Assembly (NCBI GenBank): GCA_049625185.1 | Contig: JBMZUZ010000007.1 | Coordinates: 32,704-96,703 of the forward strand | DNA: 64,000 bases | Reading direction: 5' to 3' | Source: Pseudomonadales bacterium | GTDB taxonomy: Bacteria; Pseudomonadota; Gammaproteobacteria; Pseudomonadales; Balneatricaceae | Part shown: positions 54,458-64,000 of the stretch, piece after piece | Layout: each line of letters begins with the position of its first letter | Numbering within the stretch: position 1 is the first letter of the stretch | The notes under the pieces: generated by a model | The model's input: the letters and a program-made list of their open reading frames with translations, nothing else | The model's database searches: none | Told to the model about the DNA's origin: nothing | Program-made: the position numbers and the translations under genes

Positions 54458-55630
54458 CTAACGCTCAACACATAAAGCCATGCCCATACCCCCACCAATA
54501 CACAATGTGGCTAAGCCTTTGTGTACATTGCGGCGTTGCATTTCATGCAGTAGGGTGACTAATATACGGCAACCGGAAGCGCCAATAGGGTGGCCTAAGG
54601 CGATTGCGCCACCGTTAACATTAACTATATCTGTGTCTAGCTCAAGGCCTTGATTAACACTGATAGCTTGTACTGCAAAGGCTTCATTGGCTTCAATTAG
54701 CTCTAAATCATTGAGTTCCCAGCCCGCTTTTTGCAGCGCTTTTTGACTGGCTTGGATAGGCCCTGTACCCATAATACTTGGGTCTACACCGGCACTGGCA
54801 CCTCCTTTAATGGTGGCTATTATGGGTAAGCCCAGTTGCTCGGCTTTAGCGCGACTGGCAAGCAATACCATTGACGCGCCATCATTAAGTGTTGAAGCGT
54901 TACCTGCGGTAACAGTACCATCTTTTTTAAAAGCTGGTCGCAGTTGGCCTAGGCCTTCTTGGGTGACGCCCGAACGTGGCTGTTCATCTAGCGCAAAGTT
55001 AGTCGTTTTTTTGCGCTGCTGTACCTCAATGGGGGTAATTTCCTCAGAGAATTTTTCCGCCGCAATGGCTGCTTCAGCTTTGCTTTGTGAGTGGGTAGCA
55101 AAAGCGTCTTGAGTTTGGCGGTCGATACCAAATTGATTAGCAATATTTTCGGCAGTGATACCCATATGGTAATTATGGAAGGCATCCCATAAGCCGTCAT
55201 GGACCATAGTATCCACCATATTCCAGTTACCAAGACGCTGACCACTGCGCGAATTAGGCAAAACATGGGCCGCTTGACTCATACTTTCTTGGCCACCAGC
55301 CACAACCAGTTCGGCATCACCGCACTGAATAGCTTGGTGCGCCATATGTACAGCTTTTAGGCCTGAGCCACAAACTTTATTTATGGTGATCGCACTAGTA
55401 GTAAACGGCAAACCAGCATGGATGGCCGTTTGGCGGGCTGGATTTTGGCCGCAGCCAGCAGTTAATACTTGGCCGAGGATAACCTCATCGATATCTGCGC
55501 CATCAATACCCGCTTTTTGCAGCAAGCCTTGGAGTACTTGGGTACCAATTTCTACCGCAGAAAGGGGGGCTAATGAGCCACCAAAGCTACCAATAGCTGA
55601 ACGAGTAGCGGCAACAATAACAGTATCCAT
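54458..55630 (-). CDS. Acetyl-CoA C-acetyltransferase (thiolase II)
   Basis: 390 aa. Active-site Cys context NKVCGSGLKAV, NVNGGAIALGHPIGASG, and C-terminal CIGGGMGMALCVER. Confidence 0.92.
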   Translation of the reverse strand: MDTVIVAATRSAIGSFGGSLAPLSAVEIGTQVLQGLLQKAGIDGADIDEVILGQVLTAGCGQNPARQTAIHAGLPFTTSAITINKVCGSGLKAVHMAHQAIQCGDAELVVAGGQESMSQAAHVLPNSRSGQRLGNWNMVDTMVHDGLWDAFHNYHMGITAENIANQFGIDRQTQDAFATHSQSKAEAAIAAEKFSEEITPIEVQQRKKTTNFALDEQPRSGVTQEGLGQLRPAFKKDGTVTAGNASTLNDGASMVLLASRAKAEQLGLPIIATIKGGASAGVDPSIMGTGPIQASQKALQKAGWELNDLELIEANEAFAVQAISVNQGLELDTDIVNVNGGAIALGHPIGASGCRILVTLLHEMQRRNVHKGLATLCIGGGMGMALCVER

Positions 55631-55645
55631 GGCAAGCTCCTTTAA

Positions 55646-56497
55646 TTAGAGGCGTTGAAAATGTAGATTATCGATTAATCTGGCTTTGCCTAAATAGGCC
55701 GCGGCAATAATCACCAATTCTTTATCTTCTGCGCTGGCTGGTTGTAGGTCCTGCTGGCGACAGATGGTAAAGTAGTCGGGTGTAAATCCAGCAGTTGCAA
55801 GGTTAGCCTTGGCGGCAACTTCAAGTTCGTCAAAATTCAGATTTCCAGCATCAATACTGGTACGCGTGTTGGCCAAACATCGATATAGGGCGGCCGCTTG
55901 TTCTAGTTCTGCTACAGACAAGTAGCCGTTACGTGAGCTTAGTGCAAGACCACTCTCGGCGCGGGCAATAGGTGCACCAATAATTTCTACGGGTAAACAT
56001 AAATCTTCTGTAAGTTGTTTAATGACCAGAAATTGTTGGAAATCTTTCAGACCAAAGACGGCATAATCTGGTTGCACGATACCAAAAAGCTTAGCTACTA
56101 CTGTGGCTACGCCGGTAAAGTGACCCGGGCGAGAGGCACCGCAGTGGATACTGCTTAGATGAGGTACCTTAACAACCGTTGCACTGATCTGGGTCTCTGG
56201 ATACATCTCTTCCACAGTGGGGGCAAAGAGTATATGACAACCCCGCTCAGTGAGTTTGGCTTGGTCATTTTCAAAAGTACGTGGGTAGCCATTAAAGTCT
56301 TCACCAGGGCCAAATTGCAGTGGATTGACAAAGATACTGGCGACCACAATATCAGCGGCTTCATGAGCGCGGTCGATAAGTTGTAAATGACCTTCATGGA
56401 GATTGCCCATGGTAGGAACAAAGGCAATACTGGCGCCATTAAGACGATGTTGCCACAAGGCCTGACGCAAAGCGTCAATTTGATTGCTAACTTGCAT
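55646..56497 (-). CDS. panC: Pantoate--beta-alanine ligase
   Basis: 283 aa. PTMGNLHEGHLQL (HIGH-like motif) and SSRN. Confidence 0.93.
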   Translation of the reverse strand: MQVSNQIDALRQALWQHRLNGASIAFVPTMGNLHEGHLQLIDRAHEAADIVVASIFVNPLQFGPGEDFNGYPRTFENDQAKLTERGCHILFAPTVEEMYPETQISATVVKVPHLSSIHCGASRPGHFTGVATVVAKLFGIVQPDYAVFGLKDFQQFLVIKQLTEDLCLPVEIIGAPIARAESGLALSSRNGYLSVAELEQAAALYRCLANTRTSIDAGNLNFDELEVAAKANLATAGFTPDYFTICRQQDLQPASAEDKELVIIAAAYLGKARLIDNLHFQRL

Positions 56498-56499
56498 GA

Positions 56500-57297
56500 C
56501 TATGACTCAAAGCAATGTTCTGGACCAGGGAAGGTTTGGTCTTTTACTTCTTTCACATAGGCCGCCAACGCATCCTGAACATTATGCTCTTGCGCCATAA
56601 AGTTTTTTACAAAGCGGGTCTGCTTACCGGGGCTAAGTCCGAGTATATCGTGTAATACAAGCACTTGCGCATCAGTGTCAGGCCCTGCACCAATACCCAC
56701 AACGGGAACCGATACTGCTTCGGTGATGGCTTTGCCAACACTAGCGGGGACACATTCAAGGAGTATCATACTGGCGCCAGCTGCTTCTAATGCTACTGCC
56801 TCATCAAGCATATTTTGGGCTTGTTCAGGTGTACGACCTTGCACGCGATAACCACCCAGTTTATTTATGGCCTGTGGTGTAAGACCTAAATGGGCACAAA
56901 CTGGGATACCTTGTTCGTATAATTTGGCCACTGTATCTTGCAGCCAGAGACCACCTTCTAACTTAACAATTTGTGCACCTGCTTGCATAAGAGCGGTGGC
57001 ATTGGTCATGGCTTGTTCGATAGTGCGATAGGTCATAAAAGGCATATCGGCCATAATCAAACAGTGCTGATTGCCTGCTTTTACACAATGGGTATGGTAA
57101 ACCATATCGTCAATATCGACTGGCAAAGTAGAATCCTGCCCTTGTAATACCATACCGAGGGAGTCACCAACTAAAATCATATCTACGCCAGCGGCATTGA
57201 GCCAATGGGTAAAGGTTGCATCATAACTGGTGAGGCAAGTAATCTTTTCGCCTCTCTGCTTCATGGAAGAGAGAGTGTGCAGAGTTGTTTGTGCCAT
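56500..57297 (-). CDS. panB: 3-methyl-2-oxobutanoate hydroxymethyltransferase
   Basis: Start [27 protein letters not shown] at ATG 57297. The track start at 57360 would overlap folK. It carries VGDSLGMV and the IVKLEGG motif. Confidence 0.92.
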   Translation of the reverse strand: MAQTTLHTLSSMKQRGEKITCLTSYDATFTHWLNAAGVDMILVGDSLGMVLQGQDSTLPVDIDDMVYHTHCVKAGNQHCLIMADMPFMTYRTIEQAMTNATALMQAGAQIVKLEGGLWLQDTVAKLYEQGIPVCAHLGLTPQAINKLGGYRVQGRTPEQAQNMLDEAVALEAAGASMILLECVPASVGKAITEAVSVPVVGIGAGPDTDAQVLVLHDILGLSPGKQTRFVKNFMAQEHNVQDALAAYVKEVKDQTFPGPEHCFES

Positions 57298-57323
57298 GTT
57301 ACCGTTCTCAGAGTTTAGGGTTA

Positions 57324-57809
57324 TTATACGGCTAGCTTGACTAAATCGGCTAGTGGGCAATCTAGTAATAATTGCTGCAGGCTAGTGCCATTGGGCAAAC
57401 TTAGTTGTGAGTTTATTTCAGCTAGTGGGTAAAGGACAAAATTTCGTTGTGTAAGCCCAGGGTGAGGGACTTGCAAGCGAGCATGATTAATCGTTTCCTG
57501 ATTATAGAGCAACATATCTAAGTCGAGGGTGCGTGGCCCCCAGTGTTGCTTGCGTACCCGCCTGTGCAAGTGTTCGAGTTCTTGTAAGGCATTGAGTAGT
57601 GCAATAGGTTCCAGATCAGTGTCCAAATGCACCACAGCATTAATATAATCTGGTTGATCCTGAGGTCCCATGGGCTTGCTTGCATAAAGACTAGACGCTT
57701 TAAGCAAGTGGCAATGGGGCAAATTACTAAGTTCTTGTATAGCCTGTTGCACCTGATCCACTGGGGTCTCAAGGTTGCTGCCTATACCAATATAGGCATT
57801 GTGTTTCAT
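57324..57809 (-). CDS. folK: 2-amino-4-hydroxy-6-hydroxymethyldihydropteridine diphosphokinase
   Basis: 161 aa with [22 protein letters not shown] and PHPGL motifs. It overlaps the pcnB stop by 4 nt, as in the E. coli pcnB-folK pair. Confidence 0.92.
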   Translation of the reverse strand: MKHNAYIGIGSNLETPVDQVQQAIQELSNLPHCHLLKASSLYASKPMGPQDQPDYINAVVHLDTDLEPIALLNALQELEHLHRRVRKQHWGPRTLDLDMLLYNQETINHARLQVPHPGLTQRNFVLYPLAEINSQLSLPNGTSLQQLLLDCPLADLVKLAV

Positions 57810-59185
57810 GCTTGATTACTCGAATCAGACTGATTATGGGCTGGTTTGCGCTTACGTTTAGGGCGTGGCGCTTTGCCTAGTGCTTTGCTCATTTCAAGAC
57901 GTTGCTCGTCACTGGCATACTGGAAGCGTGTCCACCACTCGCCAAGGCCGTCTAAAACTTCACCACTGGCCTCGCGGATAAGCAAAAAGTCGTAGCCGGC
58001 TCGAAAACGCTTATGTTCCAATAACTGTTCTGCGCGGTTGCCATGGCGTCGTGGTAAACGTAATTGCATATCCCAGATTTCTTTCATGGGGGTACTAAAG
58101 CGCCTTGGTATGGAAGTACTTTTAACCTGCTCCTGAATAACATCCTGTGCTGCTTGGTGGAGGGCGGGTACGGGTGGCATATTCTTAATTTGCGCAATAC
58201 GCGATTGCAACGGTGCCCACAATAACGCCGCTAATAAGAAGGCTGGCGTTACACTTTTGCCGTGACCGATACGTTCATCTGAGTTACGCAGAGCCCGCAG
58301 AATAAATGTTTCCACCAGCTGTTCTTCACTTTGATCAGCTTCAATAGCTGCTTGTGTTGCCGGAAACAAATAGCGGAACAAATTATAGTCTTGCAGTAAT
58401 TCGTAAGTAGCTTCTCCTTGACCCGCCAAAAATAGTTTTAAAATTTCTTCAAACATACGGGCTGCAGGTATAGGCTGCAACAGGTGACCCAGCTCATCAA
58501 TTGGATCCCCAGTTTGGTCAGCAATATGAAAATCCAATTTGGCAGCAAAGCGAATGGCACGCAACATGCGCACTGGATCTTCTCGATAGCGTTCGTAGGG
58601 GTCGCCAATCATGCGAATCGTTCGGCTTTGAATATCAGCCGCGCCATTAGCAAAATCATGTATCGTAAAGCCATCAATATTGTAATACATAGCATTGATG
58701 GTGAAGTCACGGCGTTGGGCGTCCTCCTCAACAGTGCCATAGACATTGTCACGTGTGAGCATGCCACTGGCTGACTGACGTGCTTCGGTACCATTGCTAT
58801 CACCATTATGGCTTGCCCGGAAGGTCGCTACCTCAATAATTTCTCGACCAAAACGCACATGCACTAGACGAAAACGTCGGCCTATAAGAATGGAGTTACG
58901 AAATAACTTATGAACTTGTTCAGGATGGGCGTCGGTAGCAATATCAAAGTCTTTTGGTTGGCCACCTAAGAGCAGGTCGCGCACACCTCCACCCACAAGA
59001 TGGGCTTGGTAGCCTGCATCTTTAAGGCGATAGAGTACTTTAAGCGCATTATCACTAATATCTCGGCGGCTTATACCATGTTGGTCACGGGGTATAACTC
59101 GAGGACCACTCGTCGCCTCATCAACTGGCTCGCGAGCAGTATTTTGGCCGAATAATATATCCATTAATTTGTTAATAAAACCCAT
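57806..59185 (-). CDS. pcnB: Poly(A) polymerase I
   Basis: 459 aa. Nucleotidyltransferase motif LVGGGVRDLLLGGQPKDFDIAT, RDFTINAMYY, and a basic C-terminal tail. Confidence 0.92.
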   Translation of the reverse strand: MGFINKLMDILFGQNTAREPVDEATSGPRVIPRDQHGISRRDISDNALKVLYRLKDAGYQAHLVGGGVRDLLLGGQPKDFDIATDAHPEQVHKLFRNSILIGRRFRLVHVRFGREIIEVATFRASHNGDSNGTEARQSASGMLTRDNVYGTVEEDAQRRDFTINAMYYNIDGFTIHDFANGAADIQSRTIRMIGDPYERYREDPVRMLRAIRFAAKLDFHIADQTGDPIDELGHLLQPIPAARMFEEILKLFLAGQGEATYELLQDYNLFRYLFPATQAAIEADQSEEQLVETFILRALRNSDERIGHGKSVTPAFLLAALLWAPLQSRIAQIKNMPPVPALHQAAQDVIQEQVKSTSIPRRFSTPMKEIWDMQLRLPRRHGNRAEQLLEHKRFRAGYDFLLIREASGEVLDGLGEWWTRFQYASDEQRLEMSKALGKAPRPKRKRKPAHNQSDSSNQA

Positions 59186-59247
59186 AGTTTTATCGGTCGC
59201 AACCTTATCTTAGACCCAAGTTAATATTCTAACACGGCCACGGTAGA

Positions 59248-60174
59248 TCAGGGGAGAGGGGATTGCAAAAACGGCACCGGATCCTGATAAAAAGCGGGGA
59301 CTTTTTTGCGTTCCCATGCTGCTATAGACCAAGCTAATTGTTCTGCTACGGGAGCGCCCTTAAGTTCACTCGGTAAGTTTTGTCCCAGCCGTTGCAGAGC
59401 CTGACTCATTAACAGTGGTGCTTGGCTGGCAGATATGGCTTGAGCTAGGTTTTGTTTGCTTAACTTTTGGCCAGCATTATTAATAATTAACGGGATATGA
59501 CCATAGCTAGGTGTAGGAAGAGCTAGGCACTTTTGTAAAAATACCTGGCGCGGTGTTTGTTGGTAAAGATCAGCACCGCGAATAATATGGGTAATGCCCT
59601 GTTGGGCATCATCAACCACCACGGCTAGCTGATAGGCAAAGAGCCCGTCTTTACGTTGTAAAATAAAGTCCCCTACTTGCTGAGACAGATTTTCCTTATA
59701 AGCCGGCATAATAAGATCATCAAAGCCGAGCTCCATGGCTGGAACCTTTAAGCGCCAAGCACTGGCTTGCTTAGAAGGTGCCGTTTGATCGCGGCAATTG
59801 CCTGGGTAAATAGTTTGGCCCTGCAGTTGGCTGCGGCTACAAATACAAGGGTATAACCGATCTTGTTGCTGAAGTTGCCCTAAGGCCTGCAAATAATATT
59901 GCTGTTGTTGGCTTTGATAGCAAATAGACCCATCCCAGTGCAAACCAAAGGCGTCTAAAGTGCGTAAAATATGATCACTAGCGCCATCTTGGCAACGCGG
60001 AGGATCAATATCTTCTATGCGCACGAGCCATTGTCCTTGGTGGGCACGGGCATCTAAAAAACTTGCTAGGGCGGCAACTAAAGAGCCAAAATGTAACGGC
60101 CCGCTGGGCGTAGGTGCAAAACGCCCAACATAGCCGGAAGTAGTTAGAGACTGCGATTTATGCAGGTTCGCCAA
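59248..60174 (-). CDS. gluQ: Glutamyl-Q tRNA(Asp) synthetase
   Basis: 308 aa. GRFAPTPSGPLHFGSLVAAL (HIGH-like) and KLSKQ. It sits in the dksA-gluQ-pcnB order, as in E. coli. Confidence 0.9.
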   Translation of the reverse strand: MANLHKSQSLTTSGYVGRFAPTPSGPLHFGSLVAALASFLDARAHQGQWLVRIEDIDPPRCQDGASDHILRTLDAFGLHWDGSICYQSQQQQYYLQALGQLQQQDRLYPCICSRSQLQGQTIYPGNCRDQTAPSKQASAWRLKVPAMELGFDDLIMPAYKENLSQQVGDFILQRKDGLFAYQLAVVVDDAQQGITHIIRGADLYQQTPRQVFLQKCLALPTPSYGHIPLIINNAGQKLSKQNLAQAISASQAPLLMSQALQRLGQNLPSELKGAPVAEQLAWSIAAWERKKVPAFYQDPVPFLQSPLP

Positions 60175-60177
60175 GGT

Positions 60178-60609
60178 TTACTTGCCGAGTTGTTTCTCTT
60201 TGATTTCTGCCAAGGTTTTGCAGTCAATACAAAGGGTGGCTGTAGGGCGGGCCTCTAGTCGACGAATGCCAATTTCAATACCGCAAGCTTCACAGTAGCC
60301 GTACTCGTCACCTTCAATCATTTCTAAGGTGTCGTTGATTTTCTTCGTTAGTCGACGTTCGCGATCCCGTGCCCGAAGTTCTAAAGAGAACTCTTCTTCT
60401 TGGCTAGCCCGATCGCTAGGATCAGCAAAGTTGGCGCCGTCTTCTTTTAAGTGGCTAACGGTGCGATCAACTTCTTCAGCTAGGTCCTGTTTCCAAGCTT
60501 CCAAAATATGCTTGAAGTGATCACGTTGAGCCTGATTCATATACTCTTCGTCGGCCTTGGCTTCATAGGGCGTGAAGTGTTTCAGTAATGATTCGTGATT
60601 TTCTGCCAT
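60178..60609 (-). CDS. dksA: RNA polymerase-binding transcription factor DksA
   Basis: 143 aa with a coiled-coil tip region and the C4 zinc finger [26 protein letters not shown]. Confidence 0.95.
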   Translation of the reverse strand: MAENHESLLKHFTPYEAKADEEYMNQAQRDHFKHILEAWKQDLAEEVDRTVSHLKEDGANFADPSDRASQEEEFSLELRARDRERRLTKKINDTLEMIEGDEYGYCEACGIEIGIRRLEARPTATLCIDCKTLAEIKEKQLGK

Positions 60610-60915
60610 ATCATTCTACACTTAATGTATATGGGCAGTCTTGGAGCAGCAATTTGAGGGACTTGCAGCAAGTCTACCCGGTTACGATTGAATTTAGGGC
60701 GAATAAACTACCAGATTTAAATACGTTTGGCTAGAGGCGTTTTTTAATTAACCAAAACATCCTCAATAGCTGTCAACTTGGTTAGTAAAGGTGATCCCGA
60801 AATGCGCCTTAGATAGTAATTTTATTATGCACTATTGCTATAACTTTGCAGTTGCTTACTAAGGCGCCCAGTGCCAAAATTAATGGCTATTTTGTTATCT
60901 TACAGAACATAATTA

Positions 60916-61635
60916 ATGAACTTTAATCCACCTTTACAAGAAGCTGTATTAAGCCAACGTTACAAACGCTTTTTGGCTGACGTCACAACCCATAATGGCA
61001 CCAAGCTTACTTTACATTGCCCTAATACTGGCTCCATGGCTGCCTGTGCTGAGCCGGGTAGTCGGGTATGGTATTGGCAGTCAGATAATGCCAAACGTAA
61101 ATACCCTTGCACTTGGGAGTTAGTAGAAGTAGATGGGCAATATCTGGCTTGTATTAATACCCAGCGAGCAAATGCCTTAGTGGTCGACGCCATAAACAAT
61201 GGCACTATTGAGGCTTTACAAGGTTACTCAGACTTGCAGCAAGAGGTAGCCTTTGGGCAAGAAAGAAGTCGCGTCGATATCCTTTTGCAAGGTGCCGGGC
61301 CAGATTGTTATGTAGAAGTGAAAAATGTCACTTGGTGGCGTGGTCACGGGCGCGGTGAGTTTCCCGATGCCGTTACTGACCGAGGGCGAAAACATTTGCG
61401 TGAATTAGCAGCCATGGCCACAGCAGGCCAGCGGGCAGTGTTAGTATTTTGTGCTGCCCATACGGGGATTGAAGAGGTAGCACCAGCTTGGGACAAGGAT
61501 CCACGCTATGCAGAGGCCCTACTTGAAGCGGTAGCTGCCGGTGTTGAGGTCTATGCTTATGGTGCTGATATCAGTCCGCAAAGCATAAGTTTAAGCAGGC
61601 CATTGCCAGTTATATTGGATAAACCTAAGCTGTAG
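60916..61635 (+). CDS. sfsA: Sugar fermentation stimulation protein SfsA
   Basis: 239 aa. RYKRFLADV, HCPNTGSM and EVKNVT are typical SfsA motifs. It is adjacent to dksA, as in E. coli. Confidence 0.88.
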   Translation: MNFNPPLQEAVLSQRYKRFLADVTTHNGTKLTLHCPNTGSMAACAEPGSRVWYWQSDNAKRKYPCTWELVEVDGQYLACINTQRANALVVDAINNGTIEALQGYSDLQQEVAFGQERSRVDILLQGAGPDCYVEVKNVTWWRGHGRGEFPDAVTDRGRKHLRELAAMATAGQRAVLVFCAAHTGIEEVAPAWDKDPRYAEALLEAVAAGVEVYAYGADISPQSISLSRPLPVILDKPKL

Positions 61636-61804
61636 AGACAAAAGTAACTATCGACAGGAACCTTAGTTGCCGCCATTTATCTAATAGTATGGCAACAATA
61701 AAAATGGCTCCGTGAGTTGCAGTAATTGACCCCATGGATATGGCGCAAGTGGCCATCGGAAGATGGCAAGATGATGCTTAAGCATCGTTACAATGGAGAA
61801 ATAG

Positions 61805-64000
61805 GTGGCTCAGCACCCCCACAAAGCAAATAAATTCTGGCGTTTTGTTTGGCAACTCTTAACTGTCTTGGCAGTGTGTACCTTAGTCTTATTGATTTGG
61901 TTAGATGCACAGGTAAGACACCGGTTTGAAGGTCATCGCTGGACCCTGCCAGCCAAAGTCTATGCTCGCCCCCTTGAACTTTATGTGGGTAAACAACTTG
62001 CCGATGGTCAATTAGCCTATGAACTGCAGCAATTAGGTTATCGGGCAGTGCAACAACTACATAAACCAGGCCAATATCGTTTACAAAACAATCGACTAGA
62101 GATTTATACCCGAGGCTTTCACTTTGTTGATGCTAGTGAGGTAAGTAATCGGCAAGAGGTAATACTGCAAGCAGGACGTATTTTGTCCATGCATGATACA
62201 CAGGGCCAAGATTTACATTTGATCCGTCTTGAGCCGCAGCTAATTGGCGGTATATATCCATCCCATAATGAAGATCGGGAATTGGTGCAATTGGATGACC
62301 TCCCCGCAGGCTTTATACAAACCCTATTAGCCGTAGAGGATCGCACCTATTACGAACATCTAGGAATTTCACCTGCCGGTATTGCTCGGGCAATGGCGGT
62401 TAACTTTAAAGCAGGTCGCATAGTCCAGGGTGGCAGTACTATTACGCAACAGCTAGTAAAAAACTTTTATCTTAGTGCAGAACAAACCCTGTGGCGTAAA
62501 TTAATCGAAGCGCCCATGGCCTTATTGCTCAATAACCATTACAGCAAAGATGAAATACTTGAAGTTTATTTAAATGAGGTTTTTCTGGGGCAACAGGGTA
62601 AGCGCGCCATTCATGGTTTCGGACTGGCTAGTTGGTATTACTTTGGTCAGCCACTTAATGAGCTCGCCTTGCATCAAACAGCCTTGTTAGTTGGGATGAT
62701 CAAGGGCCCTTCTTATTACAACCCTAAACGTTACCCTCAACGCGCTAAGCAACGGCGCGATCTGGTACTAAAAATTCTAGCAGATGTGGGTATGATCTCT
62801 GACACCGAGATGCAGGACTTACAAAGTAAGCCGCTACAGCTTACTAAGGTAACCCAATATAGTCGCTATCCAGCTTATATGGATTTGGTACGCCAGCAAT
62901 TGCAACAAGCTTACAAAACCAATGATCTAAGTAATCAGGGCTTGCGGGTATTTACCACTATTGATCCATGGGCACAGTATCAAGCCAATAAGGCTATGCA
63001 AAAGAGTCTGACCAGCCTCACAACGCAATATGGTGACCAAAACAAGTTACAGGCGGCTTTGGTTTTGTCACAACGGCATAATGGAGAAGTGCTTGCCGTC
63101 GTGGGGGATCGTGATGGTGGCTATGCCGGCCACAATTGGGCTTTGGATGATAGCCGTCAAGTGGGCTCTCTTATTAAGCCCATTATCCATTTGACTGCTT
63201 TGGCCAGTGAACGATTTCATTTGTTGAGTCCTTTGGATGATTCGCCCCTAACTATTCCACAGCCTGACGGAAGTGTTTGGCAACCAGCCAATTATGATGG
63301 TCAGTCTCACGGCGTGGTGCCCATGTATCAAGCCTTAGTTAAGTCTTACAATATTGCCAATGTACGTTTGGGTATGAGTTTAGGTGTAGATAAGGTGCTA
63401 GAACAGTTATCGGCCCTTGGTGTTAAGCAAAACTGGGAACCCTATCCAAGTCGACTTTTGGGTGCCCTAGAGCTATCACCTATGGAGGTTAATCAGGTAT
63501 ATCAAACCATGGCTAATAATGGGTTTTATAATCCATTGTCTATTGTGCGTGATGTAACCAAAGCCAATGGTCAGCTGTTAAGTCACTATCCTTATCAAGT
63601 TCGTCAGGCGGCAGACCCTCAAGCCACCTATATACTTCAGCAAGAATTAGCCTTAATTGGACGTCAGGGTACTGCTCGAGGAGCCTATGCATACCTGCCT
63701 ACAGAACAAATAGTAGCCGGCAAAACAGGTACCACCAATGATCAGCGCGATAGCTGGTTTTCAGGTTTTAGTGGGCGTCATGTAGCGACTGTTTGGATGG
63801 GTAATACGGACGCTACTCCCACCCCTTTAACAGGTTCAAGTGGTGCTTTACAGGTTTGGGGTCGTCTGCTGTCCAAGCTGCCTTATGAAAAGGATGAGGT
63901 GAACCAGCCCCCGGGCGTAGATTGGTTTCGCACCAATCCAACCACGGGGACAATTATTGATGCTGACTGTGAAGGTCTAGTGTTACCCTTTAACCAAACA
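61805..64000 (+). CDS. mrcB: Penicillin-binding protein 1B (bifunctional glycosyltransferase/transpeptidase), 3' end beyond the window
   Basis: GTG 61805 (GGAGAAA upstream; an in-frame TAG immediately precedes it). It has a TM anchor FWRFVWQLLTVLAVCTLVLLIW, a UB2H-like region, GT51 motifs EDRTYYEHLGISP and GGSTITQQLVKN, and the transpeptidase motif KTGTTND. The frame stays open to 64000. It is absent from the ORF track because no stop is reached. Confidence 0.88.
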   Translation, partial: MAQHPHKANKFWRFVWQLLTVLAVCTLVLLIWLDAQVRHRFEGHRWTLPAKVYARPLELYVGKQLADGQLAYELQQLGYRAVQQLHKPGQYRLQNNRLEIYTRGFHFVDASEVSNRQEVILQAGRILSMHDTQGQDLHLIRLEPQLIGGIYPSHNEDRELVQLDDLPAGFIQTLLAVEDRTYYEHLGISPAGIARAMAVNFKAGRIVQGGSTITQQLVKNFYLSAEQTLWRKLIEAPMALLLNNHYSKDEILEVYLNEVFLGQQGKRAIHGFGLASWYYFGQPLNELALHQTALLVGMIKGPSYYNPKRYPQRAKQRRDLVLKILADVGMISDTEMQDLQSKPLQLTKVTQYSRYPAYMDLVRQQLQQAYKTNDLSNQGLRVFTTIDPWAQYQANKAMQKSLTSLTTQYGDQNKLQAALVLSQRHNGEVLAVVGDRDGGYAGHNWALDDSRQVGSLIKPIIHLTALASERFHLLSPLDDSPLTIPQPDGSVWQPANYDGQSHGVVPMYQALVKSYNIANVRLGMSLGVDKVLEQLSALGVKQNWEPYPSRLLGALELSPMEVNQVYQTMANNGFYNPLSIVRDVTKANGQLLSHYPYQVRQAADPQATYILQQELALIGRQGTARGAYAYLPTEQIVAGKTGTTNDQRDSWFSGFSGRHVATVWMGNTDATPTPLTGSSGALQVWGRLLSKLPYEKDEVNQPPGVDWFRTNPTTGTIIDADCEGLVLPFNQT

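Noticed and set aside
1-64000. CRISPR arrays, rRNA or tRNA genes, insertion sequences, integrases
   Set aside because: I found no regularly spaced direct repeats, no rRNA- or tRNA-like sequences, and no ORF with transposase or recombinase motifs. The accessory block therefore cannot be called a mobile element on present evidence.

Overview
This is a 64-kb chromosomal window from what looks like a gammaproteobacterium, with GC in the mid-40s percent (judged by eye, not computed). All calls come from reading the ORF translations and the DNA directly; no searches were run.

About 80% of the window is densely packed housekeeping DNA with E. coli- or Pseudomonas-like synteny. In order, the blocks are:
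- ybbA / tesA, then rpoH-ftsXEY / rsmD
- argD and the large NAD-GDH gene gdhB
- marC-family gene and sdaA
- rdgB-hemW, a DUF4426-like gene, and yggT
- xseB-ispA-dxs / ribA, then ettA
- proC-yggS
- a four-gene polar amino acid ABC importer
- pyrR-pyrB-pyrC', then ruvX-yqgE-gshB-rsmE-metK
- tkt-epd-pgk-fba
- thiolase, then panCB-folK-pcnB-gluQ-dksA / sfsA / mrcB (3' truncated)

Two regions are not ordinary.

1. Accessory block, about 43.7-54.4 kb. It is visibly AT-richer and sits between the fba terminator and the thiolase gene. It contains:
- a HEPN-like (Rx5H) gene split by a frameshift at a T7 run
- a YdjM-like membrane metallohydrolase
- a cupin / YgeA-type racemase / group II PLP-decarboxylase / NnrU set
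- a 97% AT tract
- an orphan envelope-export module: a 94-aa membrane protein, a 1027-aa outer-membrane exporter with 8 SLBB repeats, and a Wzz-like co-polymerase. It has no glycosyltransferase, flippase or polymerase genes, and it is preceded by a long structured leader with a terminator-like hairpin and an ops-like motif
- a lone XRE regulator and a GNAT

2. Signalling cassette, 27.7-30.9 kb. It contains a response regulator with an N-terminal HTH and C-terminal receiver, a cytoplasmic histidine kinase, and an HD-GYP protein whose HD dyad reads RD. Next to it is a small beta-barrel outer-membrane protein.

I saw no rRNA, tRNA, CRISPR array, integrase or transposase.
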